Source of the DNA: the human T2T-CHM13v2.0 reference genome, Homo sapiens
DNA length: 64,000 nucleotides
Reading direction: 5' to 3' (one strand)
NCBI RefSeq assembly: GCF_009914755.1
Contig: NC_060926.1
The notes beneath the pieces are model-generated. The model made no database searches, was not told the origin of the DNA, and worked only from the letters and a program-made list of their open reading frames with translations. Made by a program: the position numbers and the translations under genes. Each line of letters starts with the position of its first letter. The stretch's first letter is position 1. This document shows positions 12,101 to 26,149 of the stretch, piece after piece.

Positions 12101-14990
12101 ATTCTCCAATATTCTGATTAAGTCAAAACTAAGATACGTTACACACTTGACTCTCATAAGAGCGTCTTTCATTAACACCCTTGCAATGATAGCGCTTGTG
12201 TTTATGGTTTAATAGCTTCTCTGAATGCCAAGCATAAGATACGCAATAAAGCAAAAGATTTTAAATACTATTTCTTGAACATATTTGTATTGTGAAAAGT
12301 CGATACTGTAATCATTATATCTCCAAAACCAGAATTATTTGATAAAGCTGTATTAAAAGTCATATATAGAGTATGAAATAAATTTTGTTTAGTGAATAAG
12401 TTTTTGATCCTTTAAAGATTATTATATTTTTTCTATAAAGATCTAGAACAATCTTTTAAAATTAAGTTACTATCAAACTTTTGCCATGTAGATAAAATTG
12501 GTAGCAAAATATTTTTACAATGTTTCCAAATATGATCTAGTTAGAAATATATAATGATGCTATTAACTGAAATTCAGTTAGTGTTTATGTGTTTATCAAA
12601 TACTTTGTCCACATTAATCTGTAAAGCAAACAAGGTAATCATTTTACCTTTATATTATTTTCAATTTTTTATGAAATTTTATTTCTGTTATGCATGAAAA
12701 AATAGTATAATATGTGCAGGTGAACATAAATATTCTTACAAATATGCTAAGTATTGTCTTCATTTAAAATTCATTACATGTTCGGAGTCACCAGTGAGAA
12801 AACCATATGAATCTTGCCCATTCATTTAAAATAATTTTTAAAATTACAGACCCAGTATTATTTTAAACAATGTTTTTGTTATTCCAATTTTTCAAAGTGA
12901 ATGAACAGTTTCATATATTATAAAAATCTACATATTTTAACTTTTAGTATAATGCTTTGGTATGTAAGATAGAAAAAAAATCTTGTAACAATAATCAAAA
13001 ACATTATCTCTTTAAGAAATAGAATATTTCAGGTAAAACATATTTCAGCTCACATTATTCACATACTATTTCAATTCTATGTTTCATTTTACATATTTAG
13101 CATTGACTGTAGGCTCAATGCATTGATTTTATGATGCTACAAGGAAACATCTTCTAGCAAAGTAAATTCATTTCTTTATGGCTAAAAGCATGCATTGATA
13201 TTCTGATATTTTCTTATCATTAAAGAAAGCACATTTTGAATACAATAATATGAATTTTTATTTCAAACTTCCAGTTATGTCCTCAAATATTTCCTTTGGC
13301 TAATGACCTTCAATGTTCATCGCCTAGTGTTTTTCAAAAGTATTTTTGGAAAACAAAGATTATAAACCATACTGTTAGTAAACTCATAAAAATTTAATCA
13401 AATTATACAAGAAAATTATGGGTTTGGGACTAGCAATTAAACAAAAATTAAGGAAGTTTGGAGAGTTTCTCATTATAAAATATGATCATAATATAATACC
13501 TCCTAAGAAAATAATCTGAATTAAAAATAATGTTGTTTTAATTTTTGTTACTAACCCACGTCATTGGGTTAGTAAATGTGTTGTTTCCACTTTCTCCCCC
13601 ATTTATATAATGGCTAAAGTCACATTCTAAAAACACTTTTCCCATTTCTACACATGTGTCAGGGAACTCAGTACAACTGAAGATTGAAAAGAGAGAGAAA
13701 TCAGCCATGATACTCTTAAAGAATCACAAATCTAAGAATTAATTTAAATTTTCATTATATTGAGGAATTTGTGGAAAAATTGAGTTGTAAATTACTGAGG
13801 AGTTACTCAGGATGTTTGTAGTCTATTATTAATGTGCCAGATATAAGTGATTAAGTACAGGATGCTTCCAATGCAGGACATCTTGGAAAGTATAATTGCA
13901 TTTAGGTAAGAAAATATATAACTTAAAAATCATATCTATCAACATCATTTAAAATTTGACATCAAACTTTCTCCAGCAACAAATTTGTGATATATCTACA
14001 CAAACAATTTATTAAGCAGACATTAGTTTCTTAAATTGTTCAGGACAGTCTGTACTATCGGAATGAGCATTAACAGATGTTTTATCCAACATTTCAGTAA
14101 GTTCCATCCTGGAAATTCTTTTTTAATAAATACTTTAATTTCTTTGTTTAATCGTCTAATATACTTCTTTGGGAAAGCTGTCACGTTTCTTTATCCACAG
14201 ATATCGTGGTATCACACCCCCCCTCCAAAAGCTTGCAGAGGGGAACCAGTCAAGTTGAAGTATTCTCTTAAAGATTTCAAAATTAAGAATTGTTTTAAAA
14301 ATCTACATTTCCTAAACTCTAGGTTTTTTTTTTTCTTTGTAGCCGACACCATGATCCAAATAAAGAGCAAACAGTTCAGGGTTAGCAGAAGAGAGATTTA
14401 AACACATCTGGCAACAATGAACACAAAAATTAGTTCAGTAGTTACAGATATATGTGTAAATAAAGGTGAAAGGCAAATAAAAGCAAATGTAATAAATACA
14501 AAGTGATTACTTTTCAAAACTCTGCATTATGATCAACCACAGAGTAAGTGAGACTCCGAGACCCATTAAGTAGTTATTCTTTCACCTCTTTCTTACAGCT
14601 GATAACATGGAAAGTTTAAAGACCCTTCCGGGGGGAGAAATGTTTTCCAGTTGTCAAGATTCAAGCTTAGCTAATATTAGAGCTAATTTTAAAAGACATT
14701 GTTCTGTGATTAAGGTATTTGTTCAGAAATATGTCTTTTAATCCATTTAGATTTTTAATACTTGCTAAATTTATTTTCTAGAATACCATGGTAAACAATA
14801 TTATCTAGTAGTATTAGATTTTGTATTCATGTTGGGGTAGTAGGCTGTATTTTCTCTAGCATGTGAAATAAGTGAGACTATGTTTCAACATTATTTCAGT
14901 GCTATCTACTAAATTCTATAATAGAAACATTGCCAAACTATATGAGAATACTACTTAGAATAAATATATTTATTTTGAATGTGCACTTAC

Positions 14991-15244
14991 CCAGTCCAGC
15001 TCTTAAGGAAATTCTTTGTGAAATATTCTCAGGATGGAACTTTACTTTCTGAGATTCCGCAGAAGAGATTTACCCACAAGCAAGGTGGGAAAGAGTGAAA
15101 GCTTTGCAATGTGATCCTGCAATTAGGATGAGATTCAGTTAGCAGAGCTTGATGGTCCTAAAGCAGGAGGTGACACTCTCTGCTGGAGAGAGAGAGGTTG
15201 TTCTGAGTAGATTGTAAGTGTTGTCAGATTGTAAGTGATCAGCA
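14991..15244 (-). other. CALCRL: CALCRL exon 1 (non-coding 5'UTR); TSS position approximate
   Basis: The minus strand reads ...AACAACCTCTCTCTCTCCAGCAGAGAGTGTCACCTCC...GAATTTCCTTAAGAGCTGGACTGG|GTAAGT, which I recognise as the 5' end of CALCRL mRNA. Canonical donor at 14985-14990; no ATG in the exon; position fits the known TFPI-CALCRL tandem arrangement. Confidence 0.85.
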
Positions 15245-15546
15245 GCAGAAGGGAAACATCAGAGCTTCCTGTTACATCACTCTGACCCCGCCTGCAGTTA
15301 GTGTTAGGTTACTTTCTTTCTCAAATAGCATACCCCAGGAAAGCAGCACTCCTTTCTTATTGTGAGACAAGAGCAAGAAGCAGCCTGAACAGAGAGAGAT
15401 CATAGGCTGTGTGAATACATTGTTACCAGTAAAAAGCTGGCTGGCTTTCACCTTGACTGAGTTCTGTTAGAACTTGCCAAACAAGCTACTTGTGATTTGA
15501 AGGAAATCTGAATATAGTATTCTGCTCAAAGAATCAAAGGAGTTAG

Positions 15547-15589
<43 letters not shown>

Positions 15590-15600
15590 GAATTATAGCT
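15245..15600 (-). promoter_or_regulatory. CALCRL: CALCRL proximal promoter with no obvious TATA box: ETS site, GC box, HRE-like core
   Basis: Minus strand has ACAGGAAG at 15265-15272 and GGCGGGG at 15286-15292; an RCGTG core (gcgtg) at 15547-15551 abuts the GT repeat. Confidence 0.65.
15549..15588. repeat. (GT)20 microsatellite in the CALCRL promoter
   Basis: Directly visible. Confidence 0.95.
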
Positions 15601-16962
15601 TACAAAGTATCCAGGAAAAAAAATCTAACAAATCTGTGTTCATAGCACAACACAGAAAAAAAAATTAACTGTATTCATCATAACTGGTTTTGTGATTTGG
15701 CTCTTCTTAATTTGGAGCTCTGCTAATTGGGTGCTGTTCCTCCATCAGTTCCTAAGTGCAGTTCCTAATCAGTTAATTAGATCAAGAAACTTTATCCTGC
15801 AGTTTTTAAATCTTTTATTTTTTCCTTTACCTTCTTCATAAGAACATGAGTGTATGTGTTATAAATTCAAGTTGTGTATGTGTGTGTATAGAGTGTTTCT
15901 TTTATAATATATAAGTATATATATTTGACAAAATAGCCTTTTGAATAATTCATAATTTTAAAATTATTGCACACATTTAAAAATATTTGGTATAATTATG
16001 TTATTTATAATATAAAATAATTTATACCACAATATTTGTAAGTCAATATAATCTTAAAGAAAATATAGATGTTGTAAACATAATATTATAAAATAATATA
16101 AATACAAAGGATACTTTATTTCTTAGACAAAATTTCATCTCAAAGCATAGTTTTTCCTGAATATGTTTAATACATCATTGGATATGATCAGGGGAAAATG
16201 TAAATTTAAAATGCTTTTATCATTTTTATAATTTGGTAAATGTTCGATATGAAGCAATAATTATAATCCCTATAACCTAAACAGCACTAAAAGTCACTTA
16301 ATTTATCAGGGCATAAATTTTCTCATCTATAAACTAGAAGAGATAGATTTTATGTCTAAGGCTTTGAATCGACAAATTTCATAACATTTTGAAATAGATA
16401 AGATACGGTGAGGATCATTCAACTCTTAGTAAATTGTTAGTGCAATTCCAGGATAAAATGAGGTGCCATACACCTTGTAGGCAGACAAAGGAGGTAAAGG
16501 CAAAATAAATTCAGGAATATCATGTTTTTAAAGCAGGGTGCTCATGTTGACATTTTTATTGTCTGAATTAGTGGAAGAAAATGTTTATACAATCTTTGAT
16601 TTTAAGACCAGTGAGATCAATATTGATTACAAAATACAGACATATAAAAAATAGATATACTTTCATCTCTATAATTATGGTTAATAGAAAAGACTTGTAA
16701 GAAACTGAGTTACACTGGTGAACCGGTTCTGATACTGTCTGGTGTGATCTTGACAAAGCTTTTTAGGCTTCATGTTCCCATCTTGAAATTCAGAGAAAAA
16801 CAAATACTAGATTTAATATGAAAGTAATAATGGGTCATGTCTTCTCATCTTCCATGCTAAGTGTAATATATGAATCCTATAAAGAGATTAATATATAGTT
16901 TTTGAATTTAATTAAATCATGGAAAACTAAAACTTTTCCCAATATGTTTATAAAAGCATTGA

Positions 16963-17312
<350 letters not shown>

Positions 17313-19461
17313 TGAGATTCATTGATTTCATTTGCCCAATACTAGTAAGGTCTACTGAAGGAAAAAAATTCATGTTTTGAGCTCATGTCATAAGACCCTT
17401 AATCCAATGCTCTTTCTCTTCTACTCTCTATCAAGTGCTATACTTTATGGGGTGTCTAGTAGAAGTTGTATCATTTATATTTAAGTTGACGTACACATGG
17501 GCCCATGGCTGTAGTCCATGAAGACTCCTTGATAAATTTTATTAATATCATCTTTAATTCTTATTTAGACATAACAGGAAAATTGCATCCTAGTAATCCT
17601 CAAGAGCTGCCATTTTATAAACTTCAGAAAAAATAAATGGTACAAGGACTTCCAGGAAGGCATTCAGGGTATTCTAAGTTATGTAGGAGCAAGTGATAAG
17701 ATAGATCATAAAAACTTCTCTAATACCTACTGAAACATGAAGGCAAATGTTTGGAAAACTGTAGCAGAGCTAAATGAAAACATTTCAATAATCAATGAAG
17801 CAATTTTGAGCCAACGTGGCATTATATGGATTTATATATTATAATCTTTCTTCAGAAGACATTAAAGCCACTTGCAATAATTTAATTAGTAGTGACCAAA
17901 TTTGTATTTTGAGCTAGGTAATGTGCTAACTGTGTTTTAGTGAGATAAGTAAAAATAGAATGTTCCCTGCTATCTAGTCCTTTAATGAACAGATTGACTA
18001 GCACATGAGAAGTCAAGGGCCAAATTCTGTGAAATTAGCAACTGATGCTGCTAACATAGAATCTAGAGGTAATGATGCAGAGCACTGCAATAAGGTTTTC
18101 TGTAGAAGTGAGGAGTGGTGTATAAGTGTAGAAATATATACATGTAATGATGGACAGTCACACATTTTCATTTTAGCATCCTACATGCAGGATTTGTGCT
18201 TTTATTTGTGCTCACACATAAGGCTCACAAGCGACCTTTTCTTCCAATAGGGGATACTAGTTACTATGTCAAATGCAAGTTGACTCAAAATTAGGAGTAG
18301 GCTAACTCCAAGTTTCTGGGCTACTGTTTATATTGAATATGTTAGTTAAACCAGACCAAAATGTGGTTTGACAAATTTAATTTTCTACTGACCAAACTGA
18401 CCACTTATTTTGAATTTGTATGGATACTGCCTTGGAGCATAATTCTTGCCACAAGAACAAACAAAATAAAGCAGAACACTTTTACAGGAAATATATTAAG
18501 GACAGACTTTCCCTAGTGAGAGTGCAAGAACAAGTCAAAAGAAAGACTTTTAAAATAATTATTCTGAAGTTTTAAAAGTTATTATTTTATGTTAATAATT
18601 CTTCTGTGTTCTTAATTGTCTGAAAGCAATTACTTATACTTGGTGATAATTTATGCAGTCAGCAATATTATATATAACTTGCCTTATGATAAATGCACCA
18701 ATAATTTGAGGAGAAACACATAAACTTTACATCAGAAGCTTATATGTTTAAAAGCTTTACATTAAAAAACTACTTCTAGCAAGGAAATAAGTTGACCCAA
18801 CCTTTTATTATTTTACCTAGCAATTGCTGTTAGCACTTTTCAAGTTGCTTTTCAAAACAAAAATAAATTGCATTTAGTAAAAGAATCTGGGTACAATGTC
18901 TGGGACATGAGAGTGAATATGCTATTATCTATTACTAAAACCAAAGGGCCGTTTTTCACTTTAATTGGGCACATAGCTATCATTTTAAAGAAGATTACAA
19001 TATTATTTTAAAAATAGTTACTATGAATAAGAATTTGGAAGGTGCAGAAAACTATGTTTGAAATGAACAGTATATATATCAGGTCAGATATACAGAAATG
19101 TATACCAGGTTAATATACAGATAAATAAAACTATTTTATAGCCTATATGTAGAGTTTCTTTCAGTATTTAATAATGTATTTTCTCAAGAAAGCCAAGTAA
19201 CATAAAAAATAATTGGCCAAACATTTGCCTATTTTAAAAATTCTTATATCCTGATGGATTTAGATCTTCCTGCGAACTTAGTATTTTCTTACAGATATTC
19301 ATGAGTGTTGGAGGGGTGGCTATTGCTAGAATAAAGTGCTAGTACTGGCTAGTGAGCTATGTCATGGACTAATTCAAATGGATTTTTAAATCCAACAAAA
19401 TTATAAATGCTTACTTTAAATGGGAGTACACAATGAACTTTCTGAGGGGAAATACCTTCAA

Positions 19462-19570
19462 TAGAGTGATCATATGTCCTAGTTTTCTGGGGCAGTCCCA
19501 ATTCATAATTTCAGGCTCAAAAATGCTCTGGTTTGAAGAAAAAAATATTATTCAGTATATGGTGAACTTA
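19462..19570. mobile_element. MER94-like hAT-Blackjack MITE remnant
   Basis: Degenerate TIRs tagagtgatcatat...atatggtgaactta, resembling TAGGGTGACCATAT. Confidence 0.5.
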
Positions 19571-20779
19571 GCCATACTTATCAATAGAGCAATGACAAGT
19601 AGCACATAAATACTAAGAGTGTGTGAGTAATTTATTTGGGAAACCCAAATCTTCTTTCCAGAAGAGTTTAAAATAGTTCTTACTATTTCTAGGATGGTTT
19701 TAGTTAGCATCAAAAAAGATGCCCTTTTTAATTCTGGATATGCATTTAATGTGGATTTATTCTGAAATGCCTCTTATTTGCTAAATATCAATCTTGATTG
19801 TGAAAATAAAAGGTTTATTTATATTTGTATTTAGGCATTTCGACTTAAGTAGTATTTGATTAAATGACCAATCCCTATATTTTACATAAATAATTTAATC
19901 ATTAAGTTCTAAAGATGCCAAATAGTATTCATGTCTTTCCAGTTATAACGAACTATTTTCTTCAGCTATCATCATATTTATATAACTTGTAAAAACATTA
20001 GCAACTTATATTTTTATTTTCTTTAAAAGCTTATTCATATTTAATGTTAGTCAATAACATACAGTGAGACTTTAAACATTAATGACTATGGAACTGTATG
20101 TAATGCATATATTGAAATGTATGATGGATTTGCCTAGGAACCCTTAACACCTTTGAGAAAGTGTCACATCTTTCTTTTTACAGTTTTGAGGAATCTATAG
20201 TGTCATCCTGCCATCTAGTGTTAGACATTCTCAAATTACAAAAAGTTGTTCTCTGACCAGAATAAAAATGAAATTCTATTGCTTTTTCTCTAATGAAAAA
20301 AATCTCAACAACTAGGGAATATTTCTAAGAAAACAGTCTATGTACTTGATAAATATAGTTACAAGGGGCAGGTACTTAATGTAGACTATACAAATTAAAG
20401 CCCATATAGTCAATGGAGAATATGTATTTCATCGAATTTTAAGTGCAAAGGAAAACAATGATGTAATAAATGTTAAATCACAATGTAATTTTAAAATTAC
20501 AAATTAAGATGGCATACCTTCTTTTGTCTTTCTATGTATTTATCACTCCATCTGTATTCATGATTCAAAGCTAGAGATGGCTAGACCAAAGAAGACTAAC
20601 TCCTACATATCTGATCAGGAATACAAATCAAATCATTGAAAACTAACAACAGAGTGATAAATGTCTCTCATGTCTGATAAACAAGGCTCTCACTATGTTA
20701 AAGCATGGAAAGCATCTGTTCCACCACTATCTGTTGGAAACAAAATCAATCATTAATTCACTATGATCCTGCTCTGGCT

Positions 20780-22775
20780 TAATGACTCCCACCCTGCTAA
20801 CATTGCCATAGCCAGTAACTACTTGCATTTGCCACCTGAGGGCATGGGAACTGGCCCACCTAGTATGATGTAGCTCCTCCTAACACCAGTGTATACTATT
20901 TTGAAGCCTAAGGATTGTCTCACTACTGCTACTGCCATTGCCCATGCCACACATGATTCCCAGGGGACTAAAAGCCCACCCACCTGCCTTGCCCAATATT
21001 ATCTCTGCCACTACCTGAGGAGAGTTGCTTGAAAGCCCCCAAATTAGCCTGTTTGCACCTGCTAACATTGATGTCCATGTGGGCTAACCAGAGACCCAAG
21101 GACAGGAACACTTGGCCCACCACTGCATCCACTGGGTCCTGAGGACTGGCCCAAGCAGAGTCCCTGTTCCCAGCAAAATCTCACCACAGCCTGCAACAAC
21201 AACTGCAGCCTAAGCCACTGAGGAAATCACAAACACCACTGATGTTATTTGTAGCTGCAGATATTACACAGAGACTACATTCTCAAAATCAAAGCTAAAG
21301 TGTCCTACCCAACAAATACCATAGATATGTCTTCAGGAAAAAGTCTTCCCCTATGAAAGCCAGTTCAATGGACAAAAATAGAGAACCCAGAAATATATTT
21401 ACATATCAAACTACCATCTAGTTTTCAACGAAGGCACCATTCAATAAATAGTACCAGTATCCAGAAAACTGGATTACCATATGCAGAAGAATAAAACTAG
21501 ACCCCTATCTCGTATCATATATAAAAGTCAACTCAAAGTGGATTAGAGACCAAAATATAAGTCTCAAAACTGTAAAACTACTAGAAAAAAATAGGAGACA
21601 CATTGATCTAGTTAAAGATTTTATGTATAAGAAGGCAGAGGCAATAAAACAAAAATAAACAAATGATACTATACTAAATTAAAAACTTCTGTATAGCAAA
21701 GGCAACAATCAACAGAATAAAGAAATAACCTGTTGAATGGGGGAAAATATTTGCTACCTTTTCATCTGACAAAGGACTAATAACAGCAAAAACTAATAAC
21801 TCAATTAACAAGTAGGCAAAGAACATGAATAGACATTTTTCAATAGATGACATACAAATAGTCAACAGATATATTTTTAAAATGCTTATTATCACTGATC
21901 ATCAGGGGAATGAAAATCAAAACCACAATGGGATGTCATCTTACTCCAGTTAGAATGGTTACTATTAAAAAGACAAAACACAATAGATGTCGGTGAGGAT
22001 GTGGAGAAAAAAAAAAAGCTTATGTATTGTCAGTGGGAATGTAAATTAGCATAGCCATGATAAAAAACAGTATGGAGATTTATTTAAAAACTTAAAAACA
22101 GAACTACCATATGATCCAGCAATCCCACAGTATTCACAGGAAAGGAAATCAGTTTATCAAAGAGATATCTGCACCCTATGTTTATTGCAGCACTATTCAT
22201 AATAGCCAAGATATTTAATCATCGTAAGTGTCCATCAGTGGATGACTAGATAAAGAAAATTTGGTTTACCTACACAATGGAATACTACTTGGCCATAAAA
22301 AGAATGAAATCTTGTCACTTGTAGCAACATGAATAGAACCGGAAATCATTATGTTAAGTAAAATAAGCCAGGCACAAAAAGTCAAATATTGCCTGTTCTC
22401 TCTCATATGTGAAAGGTTAAAAATTTGATCTCCTGGTGATAGAGACTAGAATAATAGTTACTAGAGTCTGGGAAGGGTGGGTGGGGGATAAAAAAAAAAG
22501 ATTGGGTAGTGGTTACAAACATACACTTAAATACAAGGAATAGGTTCCAGTGTTCAAGGGCAAAGTAGAGTGACTAGAGTTAACAACAATGTATCATATA
22601 TTTTTAAATGGCTAGAAGGGAGGACTTGAAATGTTCCCAATATAGGAAAATGGTAAGTACTCAGGTGGTAGATACTTTAAATACCCTGACTTGATTGTTA
22701 CACATTCTGTGCACCTAACAAAAGACCATATGTACCCCATAAAATGTGTGACTATTATATAACAATTTTTTAAAT
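20780..22775 (+). mobile_element. L1MA-type element: 5'-region-like segment fused directly to late ORF2 and 3'UTR
   Basis: 21368-22775 has classic L1 ORF2/3'UTR motifs (aaaatcaaaaccacaatg, gaactaccatatgatccagcaatccca, tgtaccccataaa); 20780-21365 is C-rich and resembles an L1M 5' region. Confidence 0.8.
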
Positions 22776-23277
22776 ATGTGGAAGAGGCATCAAAACAGAG
22801 TCTGCTACAAAGGCTGTTGCAGGTAGGCAACACTTGCTCAAGTGCTATACTTGGATTGCTCCTAGAGCTTGGAGACCAGTGAGCAAGAAGAGAGACACAT
22901 ATGTGTACATGAGGACACAGAATGTAGGGCCATGTTGACTGGGGTAAGGAATTTGTATTTTACTCCATGTGCAAGGGGTCATATAATCCAAAGTATGTTT
23001 TAGGAACATGCTGGTGGGTCTGGATGAGGTTTGGGTCAGGAGAAAAGTACAAAAACTTTCTCTAGAAATTTTTTATGACTTTCTACAAAGTATTAGTTGA
23101 AGTTAATATCCTTAGTTTTAATCACAGTCCCTTATATGTGATACTCTTAAAATTCATTTCTCATGGCATTTTTAGATTCAGAAAATAAAAATGCTACAAT
23201 TAAAAGGCTCTCTTTTTTGGATTAATTGTAAGGAAGGATAAAACTAAATTTGATTTTGGATTATGTCAACTATTCTA

Positions 23278-24738
23278 CAGTCATATGTCACTTAATAATC
23301 GGGACATATTTTGAGAAATGGGTTGTTAGGTGAGTTCATCATTGTGTGAACCTCATAGTGTGTACTTACACAAACCTAGATGGCATAGCCTACTACACCC
23401 GTAGGGTATGTGGTGTAGCCTATTGCTTCTAGGCTACAAACCTGTACAGCATGTCGCTGTACTGAATACTGTATAGGGCACTTATCACAAATGGAGCTTG
23501 CAGGACTAGAAGCTGCTCTGAGTGACTGAGTGGAGAGTGAATGTGAAGGCCTAGGACATTGCTTCATACTACTGTAGACTTTATGAATAGTGTTCTCTTA
23601 GGCTACAATAAATTTGTAAAAAAATATATATTTTTTGAAACAATAAGCTAACCTTAGCTTATTGTGTGTCTTTTACTCAATAAACTTTTTAATTTATAAA
23701 AAGTCAAATTTGATTTTAAAAGTTTTAATTTAAATTTTTTGAGCTCTTTTATAATAACACTTAGCTTAACACAACTTAGCAAAACACAAACTTAGCAAAA
23801 CACAAACACGTTGTACAGCTATACAAAATATTTTTTCTCCATAAGGTTTTTTCTGTTTTTAAAATTTATTTGTTTTTACTTTTTAAAGTTTTTGTTAAGA
23901 ATGGAAACACAAACACATGCATTAGCCTAGGCCTACGCATGGTCAGGATCATCAATATCACTGTCTTCTACCCTCACATCCTGTCCTACTGGAAGGTCTT
24001 CAGGGGCAATAATACGCATGGAGCTGTCATCTCTGATGATAAACAATGCCTTCTTCTGGATTGTCGTCCTTCTGAACAGCCTGAGGATGTTTTACAGTTA
24101 ACTTATTTTTTAATAAGTAGAAGGAAGACACTCTAAAATAATAATGTGGGATTTAGTGACTTACCCCTATAATCCTAGCACTTCGCAAGACTGAGGCAGG
24201 AGGATTGCTTGAGGCCTGGAGTTCAAGACAGTAGTGGGACTGTGTCTCTTAAAAAAAAAAAAATTTTTTTAGTTGATGGTGCACATCTGTAGTCCCAGCT
24301 ACTCGGAAGGCTGAAGTGGGAGGATTGCTTGAGCCCAGGAGTTCAAGACTGTAGGGAGTCGTGATTGTACCACTGCACTACAGCCTGGGAAACAGAGCAA
24401 GACTCTGTCTCAAAAAGACTCCAAATTGAATAAGTAAAAATTAAATACAATAACAGTAAAATGTATAGTATAATAAATATATAAACCCATAACTTAATTT
24501 TATTATCATTATCAAGTATTGTGTACTGCACAAAATTGTGTGCACTATTCCTTTATATGACTGGCAGCACAGTAGGTTTCATCAGCTTCACCACAAACAC
24601 AGGAGTAATCTGTTGTGCTATGACATTACAACAGCTAGGAAATCATTAGGGAATAGGAATTTTTTAGCTCCATTATAAACTTAGGGGATCACTGTCATAT
24701 GTGTGGTTCATCATTGACTGAAATGCAGCTCATGACAA
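23278..24738. mobile_element. Tigger3 (GOLEM)-family DNA transposon, non-autonomous, interrupted by an Alu
   Basis: Begins TA|cagtcat...gtacttacacaaacctagatggcatagcctactac; ends ...catgacaa|TA. Confidence 0.85.
24147..24415 (+). mobile_element. Degenerate AluJ nested in Tigger3
   Basis: 'ggaggattgcttgagcccaggagttcaag' AluJ diagnostic; dimeric with mid A-tract. Confidence 0.85.
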
Positions 24739-26106
24739 TATTTTCAAGTATTTAATATCTAGTAACACTGATGGGTCTCTGCTTTATTTTAGAGAAAGTG
24801 GGGACAGAAAAGTAGCATTGTTGAAAACCAGGATTGTTTCCAAAAATATGCTTTTTAGATATTTTCTTTATTTAATTCTGTGGAGATTTTATTCCCACTT
24901 TTTAGGTGAGGGAACGGAATCTTAGTAGTTTACTCCACTGGAAATTGGTAGAACTGAAACTTGACACTCTAGGTGTTTCATTATTGAACATGTCTTCCTT
25001 CTTTACAACATGTTACCACCAATATTTCATTATTTGAAAAATATCTAATTTGGTAAACTATTTCACATATTTTTGGAAGATAATTATATAAATTCTATGC
25101 CAAATTATATGGGTTATTGGGTCTTCAGTTAGATAATTCCACACTGAGAAAAAGAAAATTGTGAACATTAGCAAAATAGAAAAACATAACAGTTTTCAGC
25201 AAGTTCACATTAAAACATTAACAACTAACTTGGTCATTTTTCTATTTTGAATTCTGATGTCTATTCAGATCATAAATTTCCATTATTATTCATGTATGAA
25301 TAATGATATAGGTTCTGAATATTTGGGAGGATGACACAAGCAATAATGATGATCATTTTTTAAGCTTTTAAAACTTCTCAGGAAAATAAGACATATGCAA
25401 ATATTTTAAGATGAGTTTTATATAAATTTGTAAATAAAAAGAACAATTTACTGATTTTTGCCCTTTTAAAACCCATGTTAGAAAAATTTTCATACTAAAA
25501 ATCTATTAGCACTTCCTAGACAATTATGTCAAAAAAATTTTTTTTAATTAAAAGTTATCTAATGCATATTTTTTACCTGTCCCTTAATTGATCCTGTTAA
25601 CAGTACAACTACATCATATTTGTGTTCATTTCTCATTTTATAGAATTACCTTAGCAGACAAAATTTACCTCAAATTTTCTACTTTGACTTGTGATTGCCT
25701 AGCTTATTTGAATAACTATTATTACAGCTCAGAGACTGTATTCTAAAACATTGAAATATTAAACAGTCAGTAAATTGTATATACCAAATGCTACCATTTT
25801 ATTGAATCTTTACTATGTAGTACTGTACTAAGCCCTCTTCTATGTATGCTCTCATTTGCCCTCACAATTATTTTACAGACAAAGCAAGAGGATTGATATG
25901 AAGGCCTATTGAATTCAAATCTAAGTTGATTTGAATCCAAACCCTGTATTCTTTATCATCATATTTGATTTGGTATTTGATTTTTCTCCCATTATAGTCA
26001 TAAAATAGTCTTCATGTGCATCTGCCAGTTTATTAACAACCAGTGGAGATGAGAGAAACTGTGGAATGCAGTGGTTTTAAATATTTTCTCCCTAATTAAA
26101 TGACTC

Positions 26107-26109
<3 letters not shown>

Positions 26110-26147
<38 letters not shown>
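26110..26147. repeat. (TG)n microsatellite
   Basis: Directly visible. Confidence 0.95.

Positions 26148-26149
<2 letters not shown>

Noticed and set aside
14036-14401. 121-aa plus-strand ORF near the CALCRL promoter
   Set aside because: TTG start, AT-rich low-complexity composition, no recognisable domain
23773-23804. 16-bp tandem duplication aacttagcaaaacaca
   Set aside because: Isolated slippage inside a dead Tigger3 with no functional context
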